Virus record (IMG/VR): IMGVR_UViG_3300025585_000044
Span: 1 to 62,316 of that record
Direction: 5' to 3' (one strand)
Origin: a virus
Lineage: Duplodnaviria > Caudoviricetes
Length of the DNA stretch: 62,316 nucleotides
The position numbers and the translations under genes are program-made. Each line of letters begins with the position of its first letter. Position 1 is the stretch's first letter. Under the pieces are notes generated by a model. It made no database searches. It worked only from the letters and a program-made list of their open reading frames with translations, and was not told where the DNA came from. This document shows positions 28,306 through 37,492 of this stretch, one piece after another.

Positions 28306-29289
28306 TTATTCGATTATCTCCATCACTGCCTCAATCACCCTGGCCGCGAGCGGCGGGACAATCGCGTTACCGTAACCCCGCAGTCGTCCCACTCGGTTGG
28401 GAACCCCATCAACCAGCAGACGAACTCCGGATTTAACGCGCCTCTCTTTGCCGTCGGCTCCCCGTCGCCACTCCACGCCTCGCGACCAAGGAGAGAGTTC
28501 GTCGGCACGTTCGGGCAGTATTGACCGTCCTTCCCGTCCCGCGTCGTCGGCGTCGGCCATGTCTGGACGGCATGCCGAAGAGCAAATTGCAGATGTATGC
28601 CCTGCTTTTTCTTCTCCGCAGCCCTCTCCGTCCATCGCTCTATCGTTTCCGAATTGTTGTGCAGATGATCTGATGATGTCGGCGTCGGCCACGTCGCCGC
28701 TTCCCTCGCATGAATTGGCAGGTGGCTGTTCCCGCCGCCCTTCGTCTTCGTCGTGCGCCCGCCCTCTCCGTCCGAGGCTTTCGGCGTCGGCCAATGCGAC
28801 CCAGTAGAGCCGCTGCCTGATGTGCGGCGCCCCGACGCCCGCTGCGCACAGATCGGCTCCCGCCCCGGCATATCCCACTCCTTCCAGATCAGCGAACACT
28901 CCGGAGAGCCATTCTCGCCCAGCGCGCGACGCAACCTGCTCGCCAATGACGATTGCAGGTTTGCACTCGCGGATAAGCCGGTAAAACTCTGGCCAGAGAT
29001 GCCGCTCGTCGGCTGTTCCCTTGCCGCGCCCGGCGACGCTGAACGGCTGGCAGGGACAGGAGCCGGTCCAAACAGGTCTGTCGTCGGGCCAGCCGGCGAG
29101 CTGGAGGGCCCTGCTCCACCCGGCGACGCCTGCGAAGAAGTGACACTGGTCAAACCCCCTGAGGTCTTCGGGCCGCACGTCAACGATTGATCGCTCATCT
29201 ACCTCTCCATCCGGTATGCGCCCCGCCTTGATCAGATTGCGTAGCCATTGCGCGGGGTATGGTTCTATTTCGTTGTAATATACAGGCAT
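28306..29289 (-). CDS. DNA cytosine-C5 methyltransferase, alpha polypeptide
   Basis: FFAGVAG (I), SCPCQPFS (IV), EQV (VI), PHIRQRLY (VIII), YGNAIVP (X); no motif IX in this frame. Confidence 0.88.
   Translation of the reverse strand: MPVYYNEIEPYPAQWLRNLIKAGRIPDGEVDERSIVDVRPEDLRGFDQCHFFAGVAGWSRALQLAGWPDDRPVWTGSCPCQPFSVAGRGKGTADERHLWPEFYRLIRECKPAIVIGEQVASRAGREWLSGVFADLEGVGYAGAGADLCAAGVGAPHIRQRLYWVALADAESLGRRGRAHDEDEGRREQPPANSCEGSGDVADADIIRSSAQQFGNDRAMDGEGCGEEKAGHTSAICSSACRPDMADADDAGREGRSILPERADELSPWSRGVEWRRGADGKERRVKSGVRLLVDGVPNRVGRLRGYGNAIVPPLAARVIEAVMEIIE
28335..29198 (-). CDS. Overlapping alternative-frame polypeptide supplying TRD/motif IX of the C5 MTase (beta-like)
   Basis: 287 open codons nested in the MTase; three WPTP repeats and LNPEFVCWLMGFP..W; true start unknown. 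Confidence 0.65.
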   Translation of the reverse strand: MSDQSLTCGPKTSGGLTSVTSSQASPGGAGPSSSPAGPTTDLFGPAPVPASRSASPGAAREQPTSGISGQSFTGLSASANLQSSLASRLRRALGENGSPECSLIWKEWDMPGREPICAQRASGRRTSGSGSTGSHWPTPKASDGEGGRTTKTKGGGNSHLPIHAREAATWPTPTSSDHLHNNSETIERWTERAAEKKKQGIHLQFALRHAVQTWPTPTTRDGKDGQYCPNVPTNSLLGREAWSGDGEPTAKRGALNPEFVCWLMGFPTEWDDCGVTVTRLSRRSRPG

Positions 29290-29302
29290 AAGATTGCTCT
29301 CT

Positions 29303-29971
29303 CTAATTGCACAACGGAACGCCAAGCCTGTTTAGATCAAGGCCCGAAAGCTTTGTCCAGCGCGTCGTCGCTAAAGCCCCACGATTGTCAAGATAATCCA
29401 CAACAGCAGGATAGCGTAAGCCATAGGCTCGGCGTAAAACAGCATTCCCTTCATTGCTAATTTCCTTAGTGACCGGATGATGCGCCCCATGAAACCACCA
29501 CTGGCTGTTTTGTTTGACGCATGTCGCATGAGCGAGGCTCATTGTTCCGGCGGAATGATAACTCCGACCCTGAGCAGGGCGCGGCTGGTCGAGCTTCAGC
29601 GCCTGCCAACAATTCCTCGGATCTCCGCCATGCGCCGCCGTGCATCCATAATTAGAGCCGGGCAATTGAACGGAACAAGCTGACAAAGCGATAGCGCACA
29701 TCAATGCGGAATATCTCATCGAAGCCTTCCTCTTCCCATTCAGCAAGTTTCCAACCCGCCCATCCGCCCAAAGCCCAGCATGGAGCCACGAAAAACCAAA
29801 ATTCAGAATCTGTAAAAATGTCCATGACTGCCTCATTTCATGTTGCAGGAATAGCCCATTCCGCCAATCACGCTTGATCGTATCTCGCGAGCGGCGCGTT
29901 CGCATGTCGATTGAGATGAATGCTCCTGAGTGATAACTCCTGCGCCATATATCCAGAGGGTGAGGATCCAT
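29303..29971 (-). CDS. Hypothetical protein (internal start 29719 would give a lipoprotein-like ALSAC)
   Basis: ORF track; lipobox-like segment. Confidence 0.4.
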   Translation of the reverse strand: MDPHPLDIWRRSYHSGAFISIDMRTRRSRDTIKRDWRNGLFLQHEMRQSWTFLQILNFGFSWLHAGLWADGRVGNLLNGKRKASMRYSALMCAIALSACSVQLPGSNYGCTAAHGGDPRNCWQALKLDQPRPAQGRSYHSAGTMSLAHATCVKQNSQWWFHGAHHPVTKEISNEGNAVLRRAYGLRYPAVVDYLDNRGALATTRWTKLSGLDLNRLGVPLCN

Positions 29972-29972
29972 G

Positions 29973-30350
29973 TCATTTTGGCTTCCTTTTTGCGGATTTT
30001 GCGGCTTTGGCTTTCAAAGTTTCGTTTTCTTTTTTCAAAAAATTATTTGCTGCTTCCAGCCTTTCTCTTTCTGCATACAATTCGTTTGTGCGTCTCCGAT
30101 TGTCTACCTCCCTTATTTCCATAATTCCGTATGCTTTCTGGCAATCAGAAAGACGACGAACAAGCTCTTTGTTTTCTTCCAGAACTCGAACAAGGAATGG
30201 ATAAAGCTCATTTCCTTTGTCCGACTCGTTCAGAAGGCGCATCACAAATGGATAAAGCTCCTGCTTGTGAAGCAATTCATTGCGAGCTTTCTGATTGTCA
30301 TTTAACAGGGTCTCAAGGCCCTTTATTTTGAAAGATGCATCTTCGGTCAT
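29973..30350 (-). CDS. Coiled-coil hypothetical protein
   Basis: 125 aa with a duplicated ELYPF segment. Confidence 0.55.
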   Translation of the reverse strand: MTEDASFKIKGLETLLNDNQKARNELLHKQELYPFVMRLLNESDKGNELYPFLVRVLEENKELVRRLSDCQKAYGIMEIREVDNRRRTNELYAERERLEAANNFLKKENETLKAKAAKSAKRKPK

Positions 30351-32205
30351 TTTGTCTCCATTGCTTTCTCATAGATTTCCTGAAAATTCTCAAAATCAAA
30401 AAGCAATTTTCGGAGCCGCGCGTTCTCTTCGCGCAGGCGGGTGATTTCGTCGGCGGCTTCTACTTCAAGGTCTGAGGACAGGCATTTTTTGTGCAAATCA
30501 AAGCGCACAAGCCTGTCGCAGATGTCTTCACTCATCCTGTCCCTCCCGAATAGCGGCGCACCCACTTGTTGCCGAAGAAAACGAACTGCATCCAGCGCCA
30601 GAAGAAATTAGGCTCACGACCCTTAGTCGGCCGCAAGACTATCCCTTCCGCTCCTGTGCCAAATAGTTCGCAATGCCACTCCGACGGTTCTGGAATTTTA
30701 ATTTCGTGTTCAGTCATTCCTTCCCTCCCTCTCGAATAGCGGCGCGGGCGCGGCGGATATCTCGTCTCAACACAAATACGTTTTCTGACTGGACGCCGTT
30801 TGCAACATCATCCCAATCAGGGTCAGAGCGAATGTCTTCCGCATATTCAACCCCCAAATCATCCGGATATAAGAACAGGGCTGAAAACGGCTCCAACGCC
30901 TCCCGCAGCCGCGCGTTTTCTGCGCGCAGGGCGTCACGCTCCAATTCAGCCGCTGTCCGCTCAAAGTCCAGCCGCGACATACGTTCGGTGACGGCGGCTA
31001 GTTCTTCGCGCTCGGCTTCAGTCATCCTTCCCTCCCTCTCGAATAGCGGCGCGGGCGGCGCGGGCATCCATCGCTAATTTGAACATCGGGCCATAGGCGT
31101 CAGCATATTCACCGCAAAAAATAGCTTCGGCTTCTTCAAGAGCATCATCATACAGTTTCAGCGCCGCCCTCAGTTCCGCGATGCGGGTGCGTAGTTTATC
31201 GTTTTCAACAAACAGATGGTCAGCTCGTGTCGCCTTACTTGATAACGCAATAGCCATCTCATCGGAGTGCTTAACAAAACCTTCAAGCCATTTCGCTTGC
31301 CTTTCAAGCGTGTCGGCGGCGGCTTCATCCAGATCAGTTTTATAATCAAGCCCGCGCAGCCGCTTCACCAGTTCGTCAACGTCAGTCATCCCTTCTCTCC
31401 CTTCAGCGCGGCGCGGGCGGCTCTTAGGTCTCGCACCTGAATGTTGCAGCCGATGACTGCGCCATCTTCAGTCCAATCGGGGAGCCCGTCTGTGTGCTTC
31501 TCGTCAGTGAACGGTTTCAGCGCCGCCTTCAGTTCCGCGATGCGGGTGCGCAGGCTTTCAATCTCTCCGCGCGCCCACCACTCCATCGAATTTTTTGGAA
31601 ACGCGCTGTCCATAATTCGGCGCTCAATCTCTTCCGCCGACACTGCATCTTGGTAGGGGCCGTCATTTTCAAACTGGTCACTCATCTCTTCTCTCCACTC
31701 AGCGCGGCGCGGGCAACTTCGTGGAACCACGCGGTTCCATCATCGGGGTCTGTGTCGCTTATTTTCTCTAGCGCCGCCTCCAGTTCCGCGATGCGGGCTT
31801 TAAGTTTGGCCTGCATTTCGGAGTATTCTCTCTGCGCATCAGCAACGCGGGTAACGTAAGTCAACTCTGTTTGCTGATATATTTTCATTTCCTTCGCCTG
31901 CGCTTCGAGCGCGTCAGCGGCTTCATCGCAGTCATCTACGTATTCTGCTAAGCCGCGCATGCGCTTCACCAGTTCGCTGATGTCAGCCATCTTCTTCATC
32001 CCATGGTTTGTATCTTCCGCTATTCCCTGTCCTGTCGCCCATAAGGGCCAGCACGATACGCACGACGCACATGCCGAGCGTGTAGACACCGACGAACATG
32101 ATAATGTTCTTGATCATCCGGCCTCTCCTTTCGGCGCAATCAATACTGCCGCCCACATAAGAGCCGTCAGGATGGCGATTATCCAGTAGAGCCAGCGAAG
32201 CATCA
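30347..32205 (-). other. Cluster of short coupled paralog-like ORFs (Ead/Ea22-like termini): 30347-30535, 30532-30717, 30714-31025, 31018-31389, 31386-31685, 31682-31991
   Basis: Shared N-terminal D(I/V)..L.KRLR..EAAD and C-terminal RIAEL.AAL...ARAA(I/L)..G motifs; overlapping stop/start junctions. Confidence 0.65.
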
Positions 32206-32991
32206 CTATCTCCCGTGCCACTTCATCAGCGCCGTTAGCCGCCCCATTTTTCTGATCGGCGGCTGACGCTTTGCGGGCTCTGCTTGCTTCGCAACCCTTG
32301 ACGTCGCCAACTCTTCCGCCTTCTGCGCCTCACGCTCCGCCCGCCTTTTGGCGTTTAATAATCTCTGCGCCTTCGCCCGCTCCTCCCTTCTGCGCCGCGC
32401 CCTGTCCGCCTTTTCCTGATCAGAAAGTAGAGGCCGGGCGCCTTGTTTACGCGCCTCGGCTTTCGCCTTCCGCCTCTCAAGATACGCCGCAAAAAGAACC
32501 GGGTCGGCAAACAGCCGCTCTTTTTTTGCAAGCCTGTATTGCAACTGCTTCGCGCGATACGCGGCCTTTGCCTCCGGGTCGGCGTCAAGGCGCGCCTTGC
32601 GATTGCGGTAATAACGCCGCCACGCCTCGCGGTCGCCAACGGCCCGGGCGGCCTCTCTCTCTTCCAGCCGCCTGATGTATTCAGGATCAGACAAGCGGGC
32701 CTGTCGCGCGGCGGCGGCCTTCTCAAGCCTTTTCAGCCTCTGCTTCTCCCGGCTGATCCTGATCTTCTCCTCATTGTTTTCGCGCCACCGGCGCCCTTGT
32801 TCGCGCTGCTTCTCCCTGCCGCCCGGCGTCGCCAGCCTTTTCGTGCGCCGCTCGTTCGCCGCCTTCCTTGCCTCCGCAATCTCCTCAGGCGACATGCGGG
32901 AGCGCCTCGCCTGCGACCACTTCCGCCACTTCATGCGCATAATGGCCTGCGCGTCAGGCGAATTGTTTTTTGTGATGCCTTCGTCAGTCAT
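32206..32991 (-). CDS. Arg/Lys-rich helical protein
   Basis: Start MTDEG coupled to the upstream stop. Confidence 0.6.
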   Translation of the reverse strand: MTDEGITKNNSPDAQAIMRMKWRKWSQARRSRMSPEEIAEARKAANERRTKRLATPGGREKQREQGRRWRENNEEKIRISREKQRLKRLEKAAAARQARLSDPEYIRRLEEREAARAVGDREAWRRYYRNRKARLDADPEAKAAYRAKQLQYRLAKKERLFADPVLFAAYLERRKAKAEARKQGARPLLSDQEKADRARRRREERAKAQRLLNAKRRAEREAQKAEELATSRVAKQAEPAKRQPPIRKMGRLTALMKWHGR

Positions 32992-33476
32992 TATCTGATG
33001 AGACCCGTCTTCTCTCTTGCCTGCGCAAGCAACTTGGAAACGGCGTTTGTCGTTCTTTGCATTTCTGCGGCGACCTGAGAAACAGTCATGCCGGAGTTTT
33101 TTAGCTCCAAAGCCCTTTCCTGAAGCGGCGTGAGCTTGTTTGGCGGCATGATGTATCTGTGACACCCCTGATTGCGGAGGGCGCGTTTGTTGGCACGGAA
33201 TACGGCCTTTCTCACGCGGTCAGCCGTGACCCCCTTCGCCCTGCCTATCTCGGCGAAGGTCATGCCGGACAACCTCATTTTTACGAGCTCCGCATCCCTC
33301 TCGTGAATTGGATTGGTCTTAGCCTCGATGACAGTCTTCGCCGGCTCAACAGGAGGCCTCGCGGGAAGAGGCGCAGGCGTGTCGGCGACGTCGCCATAAA
33401 GAAATTTCAGCCTGGGGAGAGACAAAGGGATCATCCTTGCCCTGTTCCCGAGAGAGAAGCTATTCGCCGTCGTCAT
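32991..33476 (-). CDS. Double HTH (sigma-70 region 4-like) protein
   Basis: GMTFAEIGRAKGVTADRVR and LTPLQER...GMTVSQVAAEM.RTTNAV.KLL.QAREK. Confidence 0.65.
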   Translation of the reverse strand: MTTANSFSLGNRARMIPLSLPRLKFLYGDVADTPAPLPARPPVEPAKTVIEAKTNPIHERDAELVKMRLSGMTFAEIGRAKGVTADRVRKAVFRANKRALRNQGCHRYIMPPNKLTPLQERALELKNSGMTVSQVAAEMQRTTNAVSKLLAQAREKTGLIR

Positions 33477-33547
33477 AATCACCGCGGGGACGTGATGCGT
33501 CACGGCGGGAATGCCGGCGATGGTGCTGTAGACAACTCCCCCCGGCG

Positions 33548-33913
33548 TCACGCCTCCCCTCCCCTCAAAGCCTTCTCCAGCGTCATCAGAACCCACTGGG
33601 CGACATCCGGATAATTCAGACACAGCTTGCTCCAGAATACATTCGAGGCCATTCGGCCGTTGGTGGCGTTGAAGCCAAGTTGATACACCCGCATGCGCTT
33701 CTCTCTGCCGGCGGCGGCCGTTGGGGCCTCGGCCCTTGCGCCATCCGCCGTATCCAGCAGGCGCATGCTCACCCACTGCTCGCTCGACCACCCTCTCAGC
33801 TCACTGAGCTCCCACCCGTCAGGCCTTGAGGCGATCAGGCGCTCGTCCTCGCGGATGCTATACTCTCGACCGCCAATGACGCGGGTCGTCGGCCCCTCGC
33901 CTCCCTCGTTCAT
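33548..33913 (-). CDS. Hypothetical protein
   Basis: Start MNEGG after GGGGAG. Confidence 0.5.
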   Translation of the reverse strand: MNEGGEGPTTRVIGGREYSIREDERLIASRPDGWELSELRGWSSEQWVSMRLLDTADGARAEAPTAAAGREKRMRVYQLGFNATNGRMASNVFWSKLCLNYPDVAQWVLMTLEKALRGGEA

Positions 33914-34229
33914 GCCATGCTCCCCCAAACCATCAACCCTCCGGGATTTCCAGACTGTTGCAATCATGCCGCGAAGCGTTTTTAGAGACGCCCGATCTGT
34001 CAACCCCCTTCCCGCTATCTTCCGCCGCCCCCCGAGGGAGGCAGCGACCGTAAGGGAGCGACGCCCGACCGAGGGACGCGGCTGCCCGATTGCCGGTTTC
34101 CATTCACCCCTCCACCCAAACACCCAAACAGCCTATCCCCAGGCGCGTTCGCAAGCGCGCCCGAAGGGCGCAGCGCAGCGTGCGCCACATAGATACTACG
34201 TATCTATGGCGTCAAGATTGCAAATCCGG

Positions 34230-34452
34230 GATTGCGCGTAAGTGTTTGATTTTGTTGGTCCTTTACTGGGAAAACAAATTACTGTGATTAGATTTCGTAA
34301 CTTGTTGAATCTAAAGGCCGTCGCATTCTTAAAATTTAAGATTGCAGTTGCAGAATTTTAAGAATGCGACGGCCTTTAGAAACAAGGAGTTACGAAGATT
34401 TAAGATTGATTTAAGAATGCGGCGGCCTTTGCTTTCAAAAGCTTACGCAATC
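34230..34452. repeat. AT-rich long inverted repeat region, candidate replication origin
   Basis: Perfect 27-bp arms at 34310-34336 and 34354-34380; partial third copy near 34411; IHF-consensus match at 34239-34251. Confidence 0.6.
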
Positions 34453-36779
34453 TAGTTACTTGTAATTTGTTTTCTGACGAAACCGGGCAGCGCCTTTTCA
34501 GTTACGGCGTAGCTTTCCCGGCGCCCTCCCTTGTCGCTCTTCATGGCGACAGCCTCTGCGGCGTAGAGGCCGTCCATAATTTCCTTCGCGTCGTCCGCCG
34601 GTATCCTGAACTTCAGCTTGAGATTGTTAATGCACCACCGGGGCGTCTGCTTGCCAAAAGCCCACCCGTTGCCAGCCTCAAAGTCGTCCTGGATCGTGTT
34701 CAGGATTTCAAAGATCAGGTCCTGCCGCCACAGCTTGTGGCCAAGCCTGACCATCGCCAGCTCCTGCTTGCCCCCGAACGCCTCCTGCATGGCCTCCGGA
34801 GAGGCCAGAGAAGGCTCCACGATGCGCTCGGCGATAAGAGAGCTATGACCGCACAGCAATGGCGTCAGGTTCATCCTGAAGTCCCACGACCAGCCGCTGG
34901 CCGCAGTCTTGATCTTCATGGCCGTCAGCGTGCCCTCCATCTCATTGTGAGGCTTGACCACAAGGCAAGCGGTGTCCGCCGCCCCGAGGAGAACGGTCGA
35001 CCCGCGCATATTCTCGCTATTTTTGGGCGTGTGGTGGACGCCAAGCACGGCGCAGCCGTAGAGCCCCCTGAGGCGGTCGCAGGCCTGGACAAAAATTGTC
35101 ATGTCCTTCTGCAGGTTCTCGTCGGCCCCGGGCAAAACACGAGACACCGTGTCGACGACAACAAGCACGGGGCGCCTCCCTCCCATCGCCTCAACCCACG
35201 AGCCTACTGTTCGGCAAAGCTTGTCGACGTCGCCCGCGTCCATGAAATTTATCGTTTGATGCGCAAGGCGAAAATCTCTTTTGAAGACAGACACATTTGA
35301 CGTCTCGCCCCACGCCTTGATGCGGAACTTCATGTCGGACGTGCCCTCCGACGAAATGTAAAGAACCGGGCCGGACTTGCGGATGTCATTGCCCCACCAG
35401 GACGCCTGCGCCGTCGAGACGCAAAGAGCCAGATCAAGCGCGATAAATGTTTTGCCGCACCCCGGGGACCCGTAAATAAAATACAGGCCGTTCTCGATAA
35501 AAACGTCCTGCACAAGATACTCGGGGTCCGGAAGATTAAAAATGTCTTCAATCGAAAGAAGGTCAAAGCAGTCCTTGCCGGAAATTGCCTCCGCAACGCC
35601 AGAAAAATCTTCCTCAAAAGCAGAAGTATTTTCTGGTCTTGCGTCCCAATCTTCGGGGTCCGAAGGAAGCGGCTTCTGCTGCGCGGGCTCCCTGAAGTCG
35701 TGGCGCGCAGCCGGGGTGACCGCTGCGGCGTCTCTGACTTTCGTGTTCCACTTCCTTATGAGGCCAAAAAATTTGTCCATGAAGAGCGCGGCGCCGCGAC
35801 CCTCCGCCTCCAAAAGGGCGACCTTGTCCCTCGCGTCGTCCCTCAGGCGCGGTTTTACCGACGCCACATATTGAGGAAACAAATCGGCGGCAATTGCCTT
35901 TTGCCGCTCGACCGTCGGAGGCGTTGGGTCTTTTCGGTATTCATCAACAAGGCGCGCGAAAACCATGCGCGCCATATGCGCCTCTCGGCCGTCCACGATC
36001 AGTCCGAAATTATTGGACACAATCCCGTGGGCGCCGTTTGGGGGAGAACCCGACCCGTTTTGGGTATAGGTTTTATCCAAAGTTGCCCGAGGCAGGCGGG
36101 CGGCAAAAATATCCTCGCCGCTCGCCGGCAGCGTGCCGCCGTTCTCGACAACAAGGCGGTCGATCTCGTCGCACAGCCATCCTGGCGCCGTGGCTATGGG
36201 GACATCCCACGGCGCAAGGCCGTCGTCCCACTGATAAGGAACGCCGCTTTCATGCATTGACGGGGGCATCATGGCGAAGCCGCCTTGCCCCCTGATGTCG
36301 ACGCCTCTGGGTGTCTTTATTGTGGGCGGCGTCCACCCCTCCGGGGCGCGGAAAAGATACTGCTTGCCGCCTCCGCCGGTCGTCTGGGTCGGAGTTTCCA
36401 GTATGATGCCGCCGACATTGTCCTCGTGGATGCCGCGCCACCATATAGCCGCATAAGGCTGTCGGTGGGTGTCAAGGTCGACGATGAAGGCGCGGGATGA
36501 GCAGTCGCCGGTAATAATCCCCATATTGACGCGGCCAGCAAAGCGGCCACTGGGGCCATACCACTGCTTGAACAATTCATCGCTGACCAGGCTCCCCTCA
36601 AGATCCGCCCACCTTATCGCCGGCCGTTTCCAGCTGACGCCAGCCTTTACGTCTGACGCGCCAAGGGCCGGCACAACCTGCAGTCCCGCGCTTCTGTAGA
36701 GACGAGCCCACTGCTCAGGTGACGCGTATTCGTCATCAAAGTATTCTTCGATCATGTCGGCTCTCTTTTTCGAGAGCAT
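34452..36779 (-). CDS. Bifunctional primase-polymerase fused to RepA-like AAA helicase
   Basis: N.GI.TG...VDLD.H, T.GGG.Q..F, DIRG.GG..M.PPS.H; Walker A GSPGCGKT; VVVDT..R; HH..K...RGS. Confidence 0.9.
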   Translation of the reverse strand: MLSKKRADMIEEYFDDEYASPEQWARLYRSAGLQVVPALGASDVKAGVSWKRPAIRWADLEGSLVSDELFKQWYGPSGRFAGRVNMGIITGDCSSRAFIVDLDTHRQPYAAIWWRGIHEDNVGGIILETPTQTTGGGGKQYLFRAPEGWTPPTIKTPRGVDIRGQGGFAMMPPSMHESGVPYQWDDGLAPWDVPIATAPGWLCDEIDRLVVENGGTLPASGEDIFAARLPRATLDKTYTQNGSGSPPNGAHGIVSNNFGLIVDGREAHMARMVFARLVDEYRKDPTPPTVERQKAIAADLFPQYVASVKPRLRDDARDKVALLEAEGRGAALFMDKFFGLIRKWNTKVRDAAAVTPAARHDFREPAQQKPLPSDPEDWDARPENTSAFEEDFSGVAEAISGKDCFDLLSIEDIFNLPDPEYLVQDVFIENGLYFIYGSPGCGKTFIALDLALCVSTAQASWWGNDIRKSGPVLYISSEGTSDMKFRIKAWGETSNVSVFKRDFRLAHQTINFMDAGDVDKLCRTVGSWVEAMGGRRPVLVVVDTVSRVLPGADENLQKDMTIFVQACDRLRGLYGCAVLGVHHTPKNSENMRGSTVLLGAADTACLVVKPHNEMEGTLTAMKIKTAASGWSWDFRMNLTPLLCGHSSLIAERIVEPSLASPEAMQEAFGGKQELAMVRLGHKLWRQDLIFEILNTIQDDFEAGNGWAFGKQTPRWCINNLKLKFRIPADDAKEIMDGLYAAEAVAMKSDKGGRRESYAVTEKALPGFVRKQITSN

Positions 36780-36827
36780 CGAGACACTACATATTGCTAT
36801 GACGCGTCATGGCGCGTATATAAGTAG

Positions 36828-36897
36828 AGCATCTTCGATGCTGATTGGTTTAGCAACACTCTTCCTTGGCCCCGACGGCAATCGGGGCCATTTTTTT
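36828..36897 (+). ncRNA. Candidate sRNA 1
   Basis: Promoter TTGCTA-17-TATATA (36794-36822), 5' hairpin agcatc-ttc-gatgct, CTTCCTT segment, terminator ggccccga..tcggggcc-T7; antisense to flanking genes. Confidence 0.5.
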
Positions 36898-36949
36898 GCA
36901 TCCCACCACAAGAGGGGTTGACAGGCAAGGTGCATTTATCCAGTGTCAT

Positions 36950-37019
36950 TTTGTTCGCGGCGCCTTGTCGCGAGCGTTTCCTCCCTAACTTTCAGGCGCC
37001 CGAAAGGGCGTCTTTTTTT
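36950..37019 (+). ncRNA. Candidate sRNA 2 with anti-Shine-Dalgarno motif
   Basis: TTGACA at 36918, hairpin 36955-36973, TTTCCTCCCT, terminator aggcgccc-gaaa-gggcgtct followed by a T-run. Confidence 0.5.
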
Positions 37020-37479
37020 ATATCTGCGTCTTGGCTCCCCACAGAGCAATCAAGGCCGCCTCCGCGCGCCCCTCATCCTTTTTCTTCCTGAAGTGATCAG
37101 ATGCCGGCCACTTGTTGATTGCAAGGCCGCGCGACGCCTCCTTGTCAGATGACAAGAGAAAGTATTTCTTCCACTTGCCGGGCGTCACAAAAACAACGGG
37201 AACCTTGGCGGCGGCGATCACGCCCTGCGCGATGCCATATGAGACGCCGAAACTAAAGCTGCTGCTCACGCCCTGCCCGGGCATTGAATGCACAGCCTCA
37301 ATAATTGCAAGATCTGGCCGGTGCTGCTGGATCAGATCATAAAGCGCGGCGCCATTGACGCGCTTGTCCACGGCGGGCATGTCGTAGCAGGCAATGTTTT
37401 CCGGGTGTGATGGGTAATAGAAGGCGACGGCCCCTGACAGACCGGGGTCGAGGCCCATAATGCAAACATAGTTTTTCAT
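37018..37479 (-). CDS. RuvC-like Holliday junction resolvase/nuclease
   Basis: MGLDPGLSGA, IIEAV, FSFG..YG, P..WKK, DEGRAEAALIA; start reassigned to 37479 behind RBS AGGGAG. Confidence 0.85.
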   Translation of the reverse strand: MKNYVCIMGLDPGLSGAVAFYYPSHPENIACYDMPAVDKRVNGAALYDLIQQHRPDLAIIEAVHSMPGQGVSSSFSFGVSYGIAQGVIAAAKVPVVFVTPGKWKKYFLLSSDKEASRGLAINKWPASDHFRKKKDEGRAEAALIALWGAKTQI

Positions 37480-37492
37480 GCTGTCTCCCTGA

